A DNA stretch of 63,944 bases, filler included, from Octopus bimaculoides (GCF_001194135.2; 7 parts of 7 records of this genome joined end to end with filler, not necessarily neighbours in it); one strand, 5' to 3'. Positions 10,855 through 22,622 are shown, numbered from the whole stretch's first letter. Translations and numbers: made by a program. The notes: generated by a model from the letters alone, not told the origin.

Positions 10855-11810
10855 CGAAACCACAATCTGAACTGGGTAGTGTCTGTCAATTAGGGTATTT
10901 TTGAGTTCTTGTTGTCTAAAGTTTCTGGTATTTTTTTTCTGACACTATTGTATATATCCTTCTTGCAAGGTTGAAGGGAATGTTTATTTTGGTATGCCTT
11001 GAGTAGCATGAATTAAATGGTAGATATTGTTTGGCGTCTGTGATTTTGTAAAATATGTCCGTTTCTACTTTTAGGTTTATTTTTTTAATTAGTATATCCA
11101 AGAATGGGAGCTCCTTTTGATCGTATTCTGTTGTGAACTGTATGCTTTGTGCTGACGCCGTTCAATAGTCTTTTGAATTTCAGGAGTTTATTTGTGTTTT
11201 CATTCCAGAGTATGAAACAGTCATCTAGGAATTTTTTCCAATTTTCTTTTATGTATTAGGAAAGGGAGTTTCCAAAGGTATTGTCAACGTATTTCCAAAC
11301 GTATTGTCAAACATGAAGTGGTTGTTTCGTAGGATGAATTCAACCGATTTAATTATGAATTCTTTGCTGATCCTTTCTAGTATTTCTTCCGGAAATTGGT
11401 CCAGCCAGAACTGAATTGCCTCTAGCCCATAATTATGACGTATACTAGTATATAAATTAATCACATCAAATGAAACCATGATTGTTTCTTCCTTGACTTT
11501 TTTGGGGAGGAGGTGATTTAACGTATCCAAGTCATCTCTAATATAGCTATTGATGTGTTTAAGGAAGGGTTTCAGGAGGATGTCCATAAATAGACTTAGT
11601 CTGTGTGTTTTCACAAGCTGAGCCAGCTATAATGGGTCGTAATTTTAGGTCCCCTGGGTTTGGTGTGTGTATGTACGTCTTTGGTGAATTTTTATGGTTT
11701 CTTTTATAACCTGGCTTTTATGGATTTTTGGTAGACCGTAGAAAAGGCTAGGTTTGCATTTAAAGTTTGTTAAAAAGTCAGTTTCTTTGGTTGTCAGTTC
11801 TTTTACATAC
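10855..11810 (-). mobile_element. Penelope-like retroelement RT fragment
   Basis: FYGLPKIHKS, MVSFDVINLYTSI, ILRNNHFMFD, KFLDDCFILW, ELPFLDILI, TDIFYKITDAKQYLPFNSC..HTKINIPFNLARRI. The motif-B region (GTAMG) appears deleted at a short duplication near 11270-11310. Confidence 0.9.
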
Positions 11811-11879
11811 ATACATATACACACACACTCATACATATATGAATAAATTATTATTAAATGAAATTTTCAAATTCCTCAG

Positions 11880-12008
11880 GATTTTGAAACCATTTATATA
11901 AACAGATATAATGTATCTAACCCAGCTAATGATCGCTCCACCAGTCTTCTTATGAACAAATGCGAAAATAAAAACGGGCTAGCGAATAATATGTTGTTAA
12001 GCTGTTGA
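11880..12008 (+). CDS. Candidate terminal exon, unknown product (DFETIYINRYNVSNPANDRSTSLLMNKCENKNGLANNMLLSC*)
   Basis: Acceptor ttttcaaattcctcag| followed by 42 open codons; no homology recognised. Confidence 0.22.
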   Translation, partial: DFETIYINRYNVSNPANDRSTSLLMNKCENKNGLANNMLLSC

Positions 12009-13262
12009 AATTTTCCATTACATTCATGCGTACATAGGCCAAAGGTTAAAATAGACTGCTACGTTTAATAATACAGGATTGGCTTCTAGGCGCTAACACC
12101 CCACCCAAGACTTACACCTGTTTCATCCCACCCAGACAAATTCGACGACCATCAACAACACACACTCTATCACCACCACCATCACCGCCGCCGCCGCCGC
12201 CGCCGCCACCACTGTCACCACCGCCGCCGCTGCCACCGCCACCACCACCGNNNNNNNNNNNNNNNNNNNNNNNNNNNNNNNNNNNNNNNNNNNNNNNNNN
12301 NNNNNNNNNNNNNNNNNNNNNNNNNNNNNNNNNNNNNNNNNNNNNNNNNNNNNNNNNNNNNNNNNNNNNNNNNNNNNNNNNNNNNNNNNNNNNNNNNNNN
12401 NNNNNNNNNNNNNNNNNNNNNNNNNNNNNNNNNNNNNNNNNNNNNNNNNNNNNNNNNNNNNNNNNNNNNNNNNNNNNNNNNNNNNNNNNNNNNNNNNNNN
12501 NNNNNNNNNNNNNNNNNNNNNNNNNNNNNNNNNNNNNNNNNNNNNNNNNNNNNNNNNNNNNNNNNNNNNNNNNNNNNNNNNNNNNNNNNNNNNNNNNNNN
12601 NNNNNNNNNNNNNNNNNNNNNNNNNNNNNNNNNNNNNNNNNNNNNNNNNNNNNNNNNNNNNNNNNNNNNNNNNNNNNNNNNNNNNNNNNNNNNNNNNNNN
12701 NNNNNNNNNNNNNNNNNNNNNNNNNNNNNNNNNNNNNNNNNNNNNNNNNNNNNNNNNNNNNNNNNNNNNNNNNNNNNNNNNNNNNNNNNNNNNNNNNNNN
12801 NNNNNNNNNNNNNNNNNNNNNNNNNNNNNNNNNNNNNNNNNNNNNNNNNNNNNNNNNNNNNNNNNNNNNNNNNNNNNNNNNNNNNNNNNNNNNNNNNNNN
12901 NNNNNNNNNNNNNNNNNNNNNNNNNNNNNNNNNNNNNNNNNNNNNNNNNNNNNNNNNNNNNNNNNNNNNNNNNNNNNNNNNNNNNNNNNNNNNNNNNNNN
13001 NNNNNNNNNNNNNNNNTTTAATGTTTTGACATGCCGGTGCCCCCCCCCCACACACACACACCACTCCCATTGGTGGAAGAGGCAGGGAACGCGCTGTTTT
13101 CTGACTGGCTGAAAATTCTGAAAATTACCAAACTTTGAACACCTGTAACATTTTCGCAAACTTTTTCTGGAATAAATGAATAGCAAATTCGGGGATTCAG
13201 CGTCAAAAATTTAAGATTTCGACATAGTGACGAAAACAACAAAGATCCAAGTTCGAAAAAAA

Positions 13263-13565
13263 TAAAGTACCAGTGGAATACTGGGGTCGATGTAATCGAT
13301 TTACACCCTCTCTTAAAACTGCTGGCTTTGTGCCAAAATTTGAAAACATTTGGCGGCGAACTGGTAGAATCGTTCCTGTGCCGAACAAAATGCTTAATAG
13401 CTTTTCTTCTGGCTTTATGTTCTGAGTTCAAATGCTGCTGACGTCGGCTTTGGATTTCATCCTTTCGGGTGGCTAAAATAAGTAGTAGTAGCAGGGTTGA
13501 TGTTATTGGCTGCCTCCTGTCAACAAAATTGCCGGTCTTGTGCCTATAGTAGAAAGAAATACTAC
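13263..13565 (+). mobile_element. SINE family B: 3' fragment followed by a near-full copy
   Basis: aagtaccagtggaatactggggtcgatgtaatcg... then tggcggcgaactggtagaatcgtt...tgtgcctatagtagaaag. Confidence 0.85.
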
Positions 13566-13824
13566 TAGGGCAAAGGTCTTTACTGAAACAATAGAATTAG
13601 ACAGAGATGACACATCTTGGCAGCTGGCGCCAAAGATTGAAGGTCGATATTTCAGAGAGGTTGCTTACATCCACTGATGATGAAGTGTCCACCATATACA
13701 ATCGGCTGGTTGGAGCACCACAGTAGGCTTAGTTAATATGCAGTAAGCTTGGAAAGCTAGTATAGCCACAAGAATAGGGAAACACAAACCTGCAAATTAA
13801 CAACCAAACAAGTGATCCTTTACT

Positions 13825-13925
13825 ACGATCTGCTAGAAACAACAACCTAATCTCCCAGAAATTTCACTCAACCGTTTATAACAACGAGAGAACGTATTGG
13901 ATTATGTTGTGTACTATCTGAAGAA
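13825..13925 (+). mobile_element. Short interspersed repeat family F fragment
   Basis: ctgctagaaa..gcagccaaatctccc...ttggataatgt motif also at about 30255-30320, 33020-33105, 36330-36420 and 49375-49565. Confidence 0.5.
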
Positions 13926-14063
13926 AACCCCGAAAAATAAATATAAATATAAATAAAATAAGGGAAAATATTGAATAACCACAGCTGAATTCCTTTTCAT
14001 CATAACGTCTGTTGGATCAAAATTGACACGGGGCTTAACAACAACCGTTTGTTAATTCTACAG

Positions 14064-14111
14064 TGATTGCTAGACATTTTGGAGTTGATGATATAAAATA
14101 CATTTTTCCAA
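14064..14111 (+). CDS. Candidate 48-nt symmetric internal exon (VIARHFGVDDIKYIFP), unknown product
   Basis: gttaattctacag| acceptor, |gttagt donor, length divisible by 3, open in phase 1. Confidence 0.4.
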
Positions 14112-14501
14112 GTTAGTAACATCCACGATCATGTTTTATACGCTTATAGATTTTGACAACGGATAAAGACCTAAAGTGTTATTTGATATAGAAGACAAAC
14201 ATTTCCATATAATTTTAATTCGGTTGAAAGTCACTTGGGATAATAATATATATAAAATATTCATTTACTGAATTAAAATACTGAAGTTGCAAGATATCAA
14301 TGTGGAAGACTGTTGTGAGATTTTCTTAAATTTATGGTGAGTAGCTTTCTTGACTAAGTTCTGAGCTGTACTTTAGAATATTAAAACTAATCCTTTTTTT
14401 GCAATTACACACACACACACACACAGACGCACATGTATGTATATATATATGCACGTGTGTATGTATACATGTTAAATTGAGATTATTATTTTAAGCATGC
14501 T

Positions 14502-14698
14502 TAAGGCAGCAAGCTGGTGGAATCGTTAGAACGCCAGACAAAATGCTTAGTGGTATTTCTTCCAGCCTTATTTTCTGAGTTCAAATGTTGCCGAGGTCGA
14601 TTTTCCCCTTTCATCCTTTCGGGGATGAGCACGGGATTTGATGTAATCAACTATTCCTCTCCCCGCAAATTGCAGGCATTTTGCCAATAGTAGAAAGG

Positions 14699-14731
<33 letters not shown>
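14502..14731 (+). mobile_element. SINE family B with (ATT)n tail
   Basis: Head aaggcagcaagctggtggaatcgttag, central gaggtcga...tttcatcctttcgggg, ATT tail. Confidence 0.9.
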
Positions 14732-14850
14732 TTCTGTATTCAGTATTTTGTTTCTTCCGTATCTAAGCAAGACAAAACGCATGTGCTACGCATAATTCAC
14801 AGAGGCATCACCTAATGCTACTCTGATGTAGTGTCACTCCGGCATGTGCG

Positions 14851-15220
14851 TGGCTGTGTAGTAAGTAGCTTGCTTACCAACCACATGGTCCCGGGTTCAG
14901 TCCCACTACGTGGCACCTTGGGCAGGTGTCTTCTACTATAGCTTCGGGTCAACCAAAGCCTTGTGATTAGATGCGGTAGACGGAAACTGAAAGAAGCCCG
15001 TCAATCTTTGTGTGCGCCTTTGAGTCTATGTCTGTCACCGCTACCACTTGACAAGCGGTGTTGGTTTGTTTATGACCCCGTAACTTAGCGATTCGGTAAA
15101 GAAACTGATAAAATAAGTATCAGGTTCAACAAAAAATAAGTACTAGAATCAATACATTCGACCAAAAAGTCTTCAAGATGGTGCTCCAGCATGACTGCAG
15201 TCTAATGACTGAAACAAATA
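14851..15220 (+). mobile_element. SINE family A, near full length
   Basis: ggctgtgtagtaagtagcttgcttaccaaccacatggtcccgggttcagtccc ... ggtgctccagcatgactgcagtctaatgactgaaacaa. Confidence 0.9.
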
Positions 15221-15249
15221 ATATATATATATATATATANNNNNNNNNN

Positions 15250-15411
15250 TCGTACATTACAAGTGCAATCTATGAGTGGAACAGTAAAAATATGCAAGAC
15301 TTTTCTAAAGTTCCAAATGTGAATTTGTCTGTTAACTACATCCCAAAGATGGGGCCTTGTATCATTGTTGGAAACCGGCTCCCTCCTCAGTGGAAAATTT
15401 ATAATAACTAA
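15250..15411 (+). CDS. Candidate coding fragment (SYITSAIYEWNSKNMQDFSKVPNVNLSVNYIPKMGPCIIVGNRLPPQWKIYNN*)
   Basis: 53 open codons of normal complexity in unique sequence; 5' end lost in a 10-N gap; no family recognised. Confidence 0.3.
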   Translation, partial: SYITSAIYEWNSKNMQDFSKVPNVNLSVNYIPKMGPCIIVGNRLPPQWKIYNN

Positions 15412-16159
15412 AAAATAGAAGAGACATACATGCATGCATACATACATACATACATACATACATACATACATACGTACGTACGTACACACACATTACGCAT
15501 AAACAAGAAATAGCCAACAATTACCTAATCGTTTTGAAGCGTGTTTAATTGTTTTGAGGGCAAATATTTGTGTACTGTTTTAATTTTAGAAGAGTTTTTC
15601 TTCTGTCTTCACAAGTATTATTTATTAACAAGAATGATTCGCTACATTTTCATACAATTTTTTTTGAAAATTAAGATAAGTGATAAAGGTCTTTTATTTA
15701 TTTATTTATTTAGTTGTTTATTTATTTATTTATTTATTTGTTTGTTTGTTTGTTTATTTGTTTATTTAGTTTATTTATTCTGTTCGTGGTGAAGATTTTT
15801 AATCTTTCCCAAAGTTGAAAATGGCCTCCCAACAGAAAATACATTTGCTGAGAGTGTTAAATAAATGCACCAGCTTCACCGCTTCATGGAATGGTTTGCA
15901 CTTCATTAAGTGATTTATTCCAGAACACTTGTGAATTATTAATTTCAGCTAAACCAGTTTTCAATTTTATGACATCAAAGAAGTTACCATAATATTTTAA
16001 CCAAAAATTTCTAGTGCATTTATACCAATTCAAGTAAACGTTTTCGTATCAATGAACGGAATAATTCGTACATTTTTGTAGTCGCTGTATCTTACTTCCA
16101 TATGCTTCAACACAGAATTTAGTGGATGAGAAAGATTACTCTTTTTCTTTCTTCTTTCA

Positions 16160-16350
16160 TTAGTTTCAAATTCTGGCACAAGGTCAGCAAGTTTGGGGAG
16201 TGCTCCACTGGTATCTAATTTATCGGCCCCTAAAAGATGAAAGGCAAAGTCGATCTTGGTGGAATTTGAACTCAGAATGTAAAGAAGTCGGACGAAATAC
16301 CGCTAAGCATTTTCCCGGCCTGGTAACAATTCCGCCAGCTTGCTGTCTTA
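16160..16350 (-). mobile_element. SINE family B
   Basis: Reverse complement of the family B head and body. Confidence 0.9.
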
Positions 16351-16569
16351 GTCTTTCTTCTTTAATCAAAACCTTCTTCCGACATGCTGAATGAATTAAA
16401 TTATGTCCAATGCAATATTCTTCAAACTTTTCAAAGATATCATCACAATTTTTGCACAGATCTTCAGATAAATTCTTGGCGTCTTTGAGTTTTTCAATAC
16501 AAAGTAGTGTATGTGCAATATTTCTTCTGAAGATATGGTAGAGTTTGTGAGTCTTAATGAAAATCATAT
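16351..16569 (-). CDS. Candidate exon (MIFIKTHKLYHIFRRNIAHTLLCIEKLKDAKNLSEDLCKNCDDIFEKFEEYCIGHNLIHSAC...)
   Basis: Acceptor actttcttcctatggtttaag|; about 73 open codons running into a SINE; no good donor. Confidence 0.22.
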
Positions 16570-18452
16570 CTTAAACCATAGGAAGAAAGTGTGCTGAATA
16601 TTTCGTTAACTAATGATAAAATACCTCGCTCTACGTATCTGATTCCTACAATAACTTCAGCTGTTTAAAATGAACAGTGTAAAACATTTGGATCAGAGAT
16701 CCATCTCGTAGCTGCATTTCTACACTATCATATTCATAAACTGAGGTCGTTTCATCTGAAAAACGAGAAAGGGCTCTCATTGGTCTTGCAAAAGATTATA
16801 CATTCGTGAGAAACAAGATTGAATCTATGGAGATGACAATTAGTAAGTAGCATTGATGATTTACTTTAATTTAGCTTGATATCACATTTAAAAGCCATGC
16901 TAACGTACTATGAAATGTAGTATGATTTTCGTCAACAGCAGTAATCGATGCTGAAAAGGAAAGATATACTAAAATAAGACAAAGTCTTATTTGCGATTTC
17001 TACGAAGAATTGGTGGATCTTTTTTGATTAACAGGGAGAGATGCGAAGTTTATCTACAAATGGCAATGTAAATAAATATGCTTTAGAAGAACACTTTTAC
17101 TTGTTATTTAAAAAAAAAAAAGGGTTATTGTTGACTGTCTATTATCAATGTTTACACTCAACCCTCAACTCTGAATATTTACTCACAATACAAGCTTGAT
17201 GTATGTATGTATGTATGTATGTATGTATGTGTATGCATGTATGTATGTATGTATGTATGTATGTATGTATGTATGTGAGCAACCTATTGACCTAATTTTC
17301 TAACTTTTCCGATGGCACGCAAGTGTCGATGAATGGTTGAATGACCAAATCCAAGCTTCTCTGCTAGTTCCTCAATAGTTTTGATGGGATTNNNNNNNNN
17401 NNNNNNNNNNNNNNNNNNNNNNNNNNNNNNNNNNNNNNNNNNNNNNNNNNNNNNNNNNNNNNNNNNNNNNNNNNNNNNNNNNNNNNNNNNNNNNNNNNNN
17501 NNNNNNNNNNNNNNNNNNNNNNNNNNNNNNNNNNNNNNNNNNNNNNNNNNNNNNNNNNNNNNNNNNNNNNNNNNNNNNNNNNNNNNNNNNNNNNNNNNNN
17601 NNNNNNNNNNNNNNNNNNNNNNNNNNNNNNNNNNGAGTGTGGCGTCCTCTGGTTAAAAAATGACGATAGCCACTTTGCCTAAACGAATTTTCGCTCATAA
17701 GGACAGTATCCTTATATTTCGATTCTTTAGTTCATGAATGCCCCTGGCTCGTGTGAATTTTTAAAGAATGATTCTCTTAGCACGCAACGCCCATTTCATT
17801 CAAATATGGTCCGGGTCGTTCTAGTAATTTCCAGTTGATAGGTTCAAAAGGAACCTTAATTGTATCGATCTCACCGATCGAGGAGAGCTTACAAAAGCCT
17901 TGGGTGCTGTTCCTTTCTCATACCTCAGCAAATAAACAAAAGTGATTCTTCAATCATGATAATTGTATCTTGATAGAAGCAGCCGAAAATGTGACAGTTT
18001 TTCACCAAATTTGATCATTTTGTTCGGTCATTCAATATCATATTTATAATTTCAATGACATTTATCATAGTTATTACCGACAAAATCAAGTACTTGTTTA
18101 GTCAAAATGCAGCTAGCAGTAGAGGCATTTTTTCTGGTATGCCTCTATGCTCCTTTTCCTATTTAGCGTGAAGTTTAATGCTATTTTCCCTGTTTGTCTT
18201 TGATCTAACCAATTTATCTAGGTCCAAATATTTGCAATAATATTTAGTTTCCGTAGTCGGAAACAGGTTTCTCGTGTTTATTTAAAGCTTTCGCTAAATT
18301 ATTTAAATCCCAAAATCCGGTTTTTACCCATACATTTTCAGCAGATACATGAATAACATGCATAGGAAGCAATCTACTCTTCCTTTTTTTTTTAACTTTT
18401 CCTTATTTTATGACGTTTCATATGTTCTAATTATTTTCGTAACTTTTACGTG

Positions 18453-19451
18453 CAGGCATATCTCTGTGGTCAGAAGTTTGCTTCCTAATCACATGGCTCC
18501 GGGTTCATCCCCACTGCGTGGCACCTTGGGCAAGTTTCTTTTACTAAAGCCCTAGGCTGACCAAAGCTTTGTGAGAAGGTTTGGTAGACGGAAACAGAAA
18601 GAAGCCTGTCATATGTGTGTGTTTGTCACCCACCACCTCGTTACAACCGGTTTTGGTTTGTTTACGTCCCGAAACTTGGCGGTTCGGCAAAAAAAGAGAA
18701 CGATAGCATAAGGACTAGACATAGCTCTGTGGTCAGAAATTTGCTTCTTAGCCATATGGTTCCGGATTCAGTTCCACTGCGTGGCACCATGAGCAAATTT
18801 GTTTTATTGAAGCCACAAGCCGACCAAAGCCTTGTGAGAAGGTTTGGTAGAAGGAAACTGAAAGAAGCCCCTCGTGTATATATATGCATGTGTATGTGTG
18901 CGTGTGCATGTCTGTGTATTTGTCACCCACCACCTATTGACAACCGGTGTTGGTTTGTTTACGTTCCCGTAACTTAGCGGTTCGGCTAAAAAAGAACGAT
19001 AGAATAAGGACCAGATTTTTAAAAATATAAGTACTGAAGTCGATTTCGTTCGACTAAACTCTTCAAAGCGGTGCCCCAGCATGGCCGCTTTCCAATGAAT
19101 GAAAGAAGTAAAAGATAAAAAGATAAAGGCATGCTGTTTAAAGCTTTTCCCAGGTCTCGTGTAGTTTAGCCATTTTAAATCATATTCGACCATTTCTTCA
19201 TAAGACAGCTTAATGAGAGAGAAAGAAGCTAACTGCGATACACAAGGTCCATGTTTGGAAAGGCGTGGCTGTGTGGTAAGAAGCTTGTTTCCCAACGACA
19301 TGGTTCCGAGTTCAGTTCCACTGCGTGGGCAAGTGTTTCTACTGTTGCTTCGGGCTGACCAAAAACTTCTGAGTGGATTTGGTAGACGGAAACTGAAAGA
19401 AGCCCGTCGTGTATACATATATAGATATGTGTGTGTGTGCGTGTGGTGTAT
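18453..19451 (+). mobile_element. Three head-to-tail SINE family A copies (about 18453-18712, 18718-19115, 19255-19451)
   Basis: Repeated ctgtggtcagaag.ttgctt...gtagacggaaactgaaagaagcc units. Confidence 0.9.
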
Positions 19452-19978
19452 NNNNNNNNNNNNNNNNNNNNNNNNNNNNNNNNNNNNNNNNNNNNNNNNN
19501 NNNNNNNNNNNNNNNNNNNNNNNNNNNNNNNNNNNNNNNNNNNNNNNNNNNNNNNNNNNNNNNNNNNNNNNNNNNNNNNNNNNNNNNNNNNNNNNNNNNN
19601 NNNNNNNNNNNNNNNNNNNNNNNNNNNNNNNNNNNNNNNNNNNNNNNNNNNNNNNNNNNNNNNNNNNNNNNNNNNNNNNNNNNNNNNNNNNNNNNNNNNN
19701 NNNNNNNNNNNNNNNNNNNNNNNNNNNNNNNNNNNNNNNNNNNNNNNNNNNNNNNNNNNNNNNNNNNNNNNNNNNNNNNNNNNNNNNNNNNNNNNNNNNN
19801 NNNNNNNNNNNNNNNNNNNNNNNNNNNNNNNNNNNNNNNNNNNNNNNNNNNNNNNNNNNNNNNNNNNNNNNNNNNNNNNNNNNNNNNNNNNNNNNNNNNN
19901 NNNNNNNNNNNNNNNNNNNNNNNNNNNNNNNNNNNNNNNNNNNNNNNNNNNNNNNNNNNNNNNNNNNNNNNNNNNNNN

Positions 19979-20300
19979 GGACTTATTCTTTGTAAGCCTA
20001 GTACTTATTCTATCGGTTTCTTTTGCCGAACCGCTAAGTTACGGAGACGTAAACACACCAGCATCGGTTGTCAAGCGATGGGGGGGGGGACAAACACAGA
20101 CACACAAACACAAACACACATACATATATATATATACATACGACGGGCTCCCCTCAGTTTCCGTCTACCAAATCCACTCACAAGGCTTTGGTCGGCCCGA
20201 GGCTATAGCAGAAGACACTTGTCCAAGGTGCCACGCAGTGGGACTGAACCCGGGACCATGTGTTTGGTAAGCAAGCTACTTACCACACAGCCACTCCTAC
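19979..20300 (-). mobile_element. SINE family A
   Basis: Reverse complement of the consensus, ending accacacagccactcctacg. Confidence 0.9.
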
Positions 20301-20850
20301 GTCTGGTAATTTTATTTTTTTATGCCAAACAAACAAACGTACTATATATTCGTTCTTCGCTCGTTTATTACTGTTCTTATTTTAACTGAACTGATGTGCA
20401 ATTGTCTGGAAATCTTTCGCCACACGTCTGTAACTTTCCGTCCTCGTGTATGTCCCTGCTCCGCTTAGTCCATTCTGTTCTTCTATGATGTGTATCCTCA
20501 TATGCGTTTAGGTCTGTATCTGTGTGTGTATGTATATGTGAGTGTGTGTGTGTGCGTGCATGCGTGTGCGTAAGCTTGTCTATGTGTTTTGCATGTCTGT
20601 ACGTATGGGCTTGTGCCCTTTATATTGTTGTTATTGTTATCGTCGTTGTTCTTAGTGCTACTTTGACCCTGCCCTCACCTACGTTTTCTCTTCTGTTGTT
20701 GCAGTTGCTGTTCTTGACTCTCACTTTTGATATTGTTTATGTATCTTTCTGTGTTTGTGTGTTCGTTCATGTTGGTGTTATCATGGTTGTTGTTGTTGTT
20801 GTTGTTGCAGCCATTTGTGAAGTTACTGTACACACACAAACATATATACA

Positions 20851-21190
20851 CAAATTAATTTGCTTAGGCTCGTACGATTGTTCTTGTTTTTATCCTTAAA
20901 AGAATTTTCGTGGTTCGCTATTCTCTATTTTATAAAACATGAAGTGACACCTATATAGAAATAGTCTACGTCTACTGGTGTGACTTTACACTTGTAAACT
21001 GCATTATTAATTTTACAGCCTGATTTTAACGGGCATAATTTACCTTTTGCGCAATCACAAATCTTAACTTTTCTAATTCTATTATTATTTTCTGTTTCGG
21101 TTCGATTTCTGATATTCACTAACATATTTCTTGTTCATTTTCACTATTCCAATTGTTGGTTTTCCTGGTACTGCATTTTCCAGCATTCTT
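20851..21190 (-). mobile_element. Penelope-like GIY-YIG endonuclease fragment (inverted partner of 21245-21660)
   Basis: ICDCAKGKLCPLKSGCKINNAVYKCKV...YFYIGVTS matches the CxC..K..CPL...C / YIG pattern of PLE endonucleases. Confidence 0.8.
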
Positions 21191-21244
21191 GTCAACCCGT
21201 TATAGTCTTGCGCTTGAATTAGTAACTGACTAATTCAAATGCAA

Positions 21245-21660
21245 GTTAAAAATTTTGTTTGCGCAAAAGATAAATTATGTCCGTTAAAATCAGATTGTAA
21301 AACTAATAATGCAGTTTACAGAAGACGTAGGCTATTTCTATATAGGCGCCAGTTCCTGTTTTATAAAACAGAAAATAGCTAACTACGAAAATTCTTTTAA
21401 AGATAAAAACAAGAATAATCATACGAGCCTAAGCAAATTAACTTGGTTGCTAAAGGGTGTTAATAAAATGTATTCAATTGACTGGGAGATAATTAGTAGG
21501 GCTAAACCGTATAGTATAAGGAGTAAATAGTGTGGCTTTTGTATTGAGGAAATGTACCAAATTTTCATTAAAAAAAACAAACAATCAGATAAACACTAGG
21601 CAGGAACGTGGTTTAGGGTGCCTACATAAAAATAAATGCACTTTTAATAAATACAAGTAA
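21245..21660 (+). mobile_element. Penelope-like GIY-YIG C-terminal fragment to stop codon
   Basis: YFYIGASSCFIKQKIANYENSFK..NHTSLSKLTWLLK...YSIDWEIISRAKPYSIRSK*CGFCIEE...CLHKNKCTFNKYK*. Confidence 0.85.
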
Positions 21661-21665
21661 ACGCA

Positions 21666-21903
21666 GTGGTTAAGAGCGCGGGCTACTAACCTCAAGATTC
21701 CGAGTTCGATTCACGGCAGCGACCTGATTAATAATAGTAATAATAATAATAATATAATAATAGTAACATCGTTATGAATGAGAACCCAGGTTCGAAATTT
21801 CCCCAAGACACCTGACGAAGGATGGAGGGTATATCAGCCGAAACGTTGTGTTAACAACAAACAAGATGAGGACAAATATCCGTCAAATGTAAATAATGTA
21901 AAT
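21666..21903 (+). mobile_element. tRNA-headed SINE-like element carrying a hammerhead ribozyme (copy 2), 16-bp TSD
   Basis: TSD aatacaagtaaacgca at 21650-21665 and 21904-21919; slightly 5'-truncated inside the A-box. Confidence 0.9.
21807..21852 (+). ncRNA. Minimal hammerhead ribozyme, one stem II mismatch
   Basis: Same as 10659-10704 except ggatg instead of ggctg in stem II. Confidence 0.7.
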
Positions 21904-22218
21904 AATACAAGTAAACGCATTACACTTAATTAAGCAAGAAAATTATAAATTACTAGAATAACAATCGTATAAATAAAAAAATAAGCCATGATTAAATGTA
22001 TACCCCTAGAAATAAAAATCCTCTCTGAAATGTGTAGAATGGTAAGCTTTCTAACCTTGATCTATTTTAGGACTACACTTCACTCCACTTACCCAACTTA
22101 GCTGAGGTGAACCATGGTCACTGAAACTACAACTCTTTATAGTAACACCAACACCTAAAAATTTATTCATTGAACTTCCTGATTTCTTCAGCTTAACTTC
22201 GAATGACAGTAATATAAT

Positions 22219-22302
22219 GACCCTGGTGATGCTGTACTGACATTAACACCAGCATGCACATCTAACAGTGTGCAGTCGATGCAACTGAAACGCGCGTAGG
22301 TC
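22219..22302 (+). ncRNA. Degenerate hammerhead-like motif in the PLE 3' flank
   Basis: gacc-CUGGUGA...GAAA-cgcgcg-U-A/gguc: stem I gacc/gguc, palindromic ACGCGCGU stem III, A6G core change, expanded stem II. Confidence 0.45.
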
Positions 22303-22589
22303 CCCGAAAGAATGCTGTAAATAACTGTTTAATAAAATTATAGATGTGGAAAATCTTCGTTCTCTTCATCATTATTAATACAATTACTAACTCTACGGAC
22401 TTATGCAGTTCTGAGTAAGACAATCGGATTTTCCATGCGAGAAAAATCACTAGAGCTAGCAGCCTATTACTAATTCGGGTATCACCAACATTCGGTGTGG
22501 TTAGCCGGCATATGAAACCGATTTAAGACGGAAAACGGTAACCGCCAGGTTACATATCCCTTTGAAATCATCTCTGAAAAAAATAGCAC

Positions 22590-22622
<33 letters not shown>

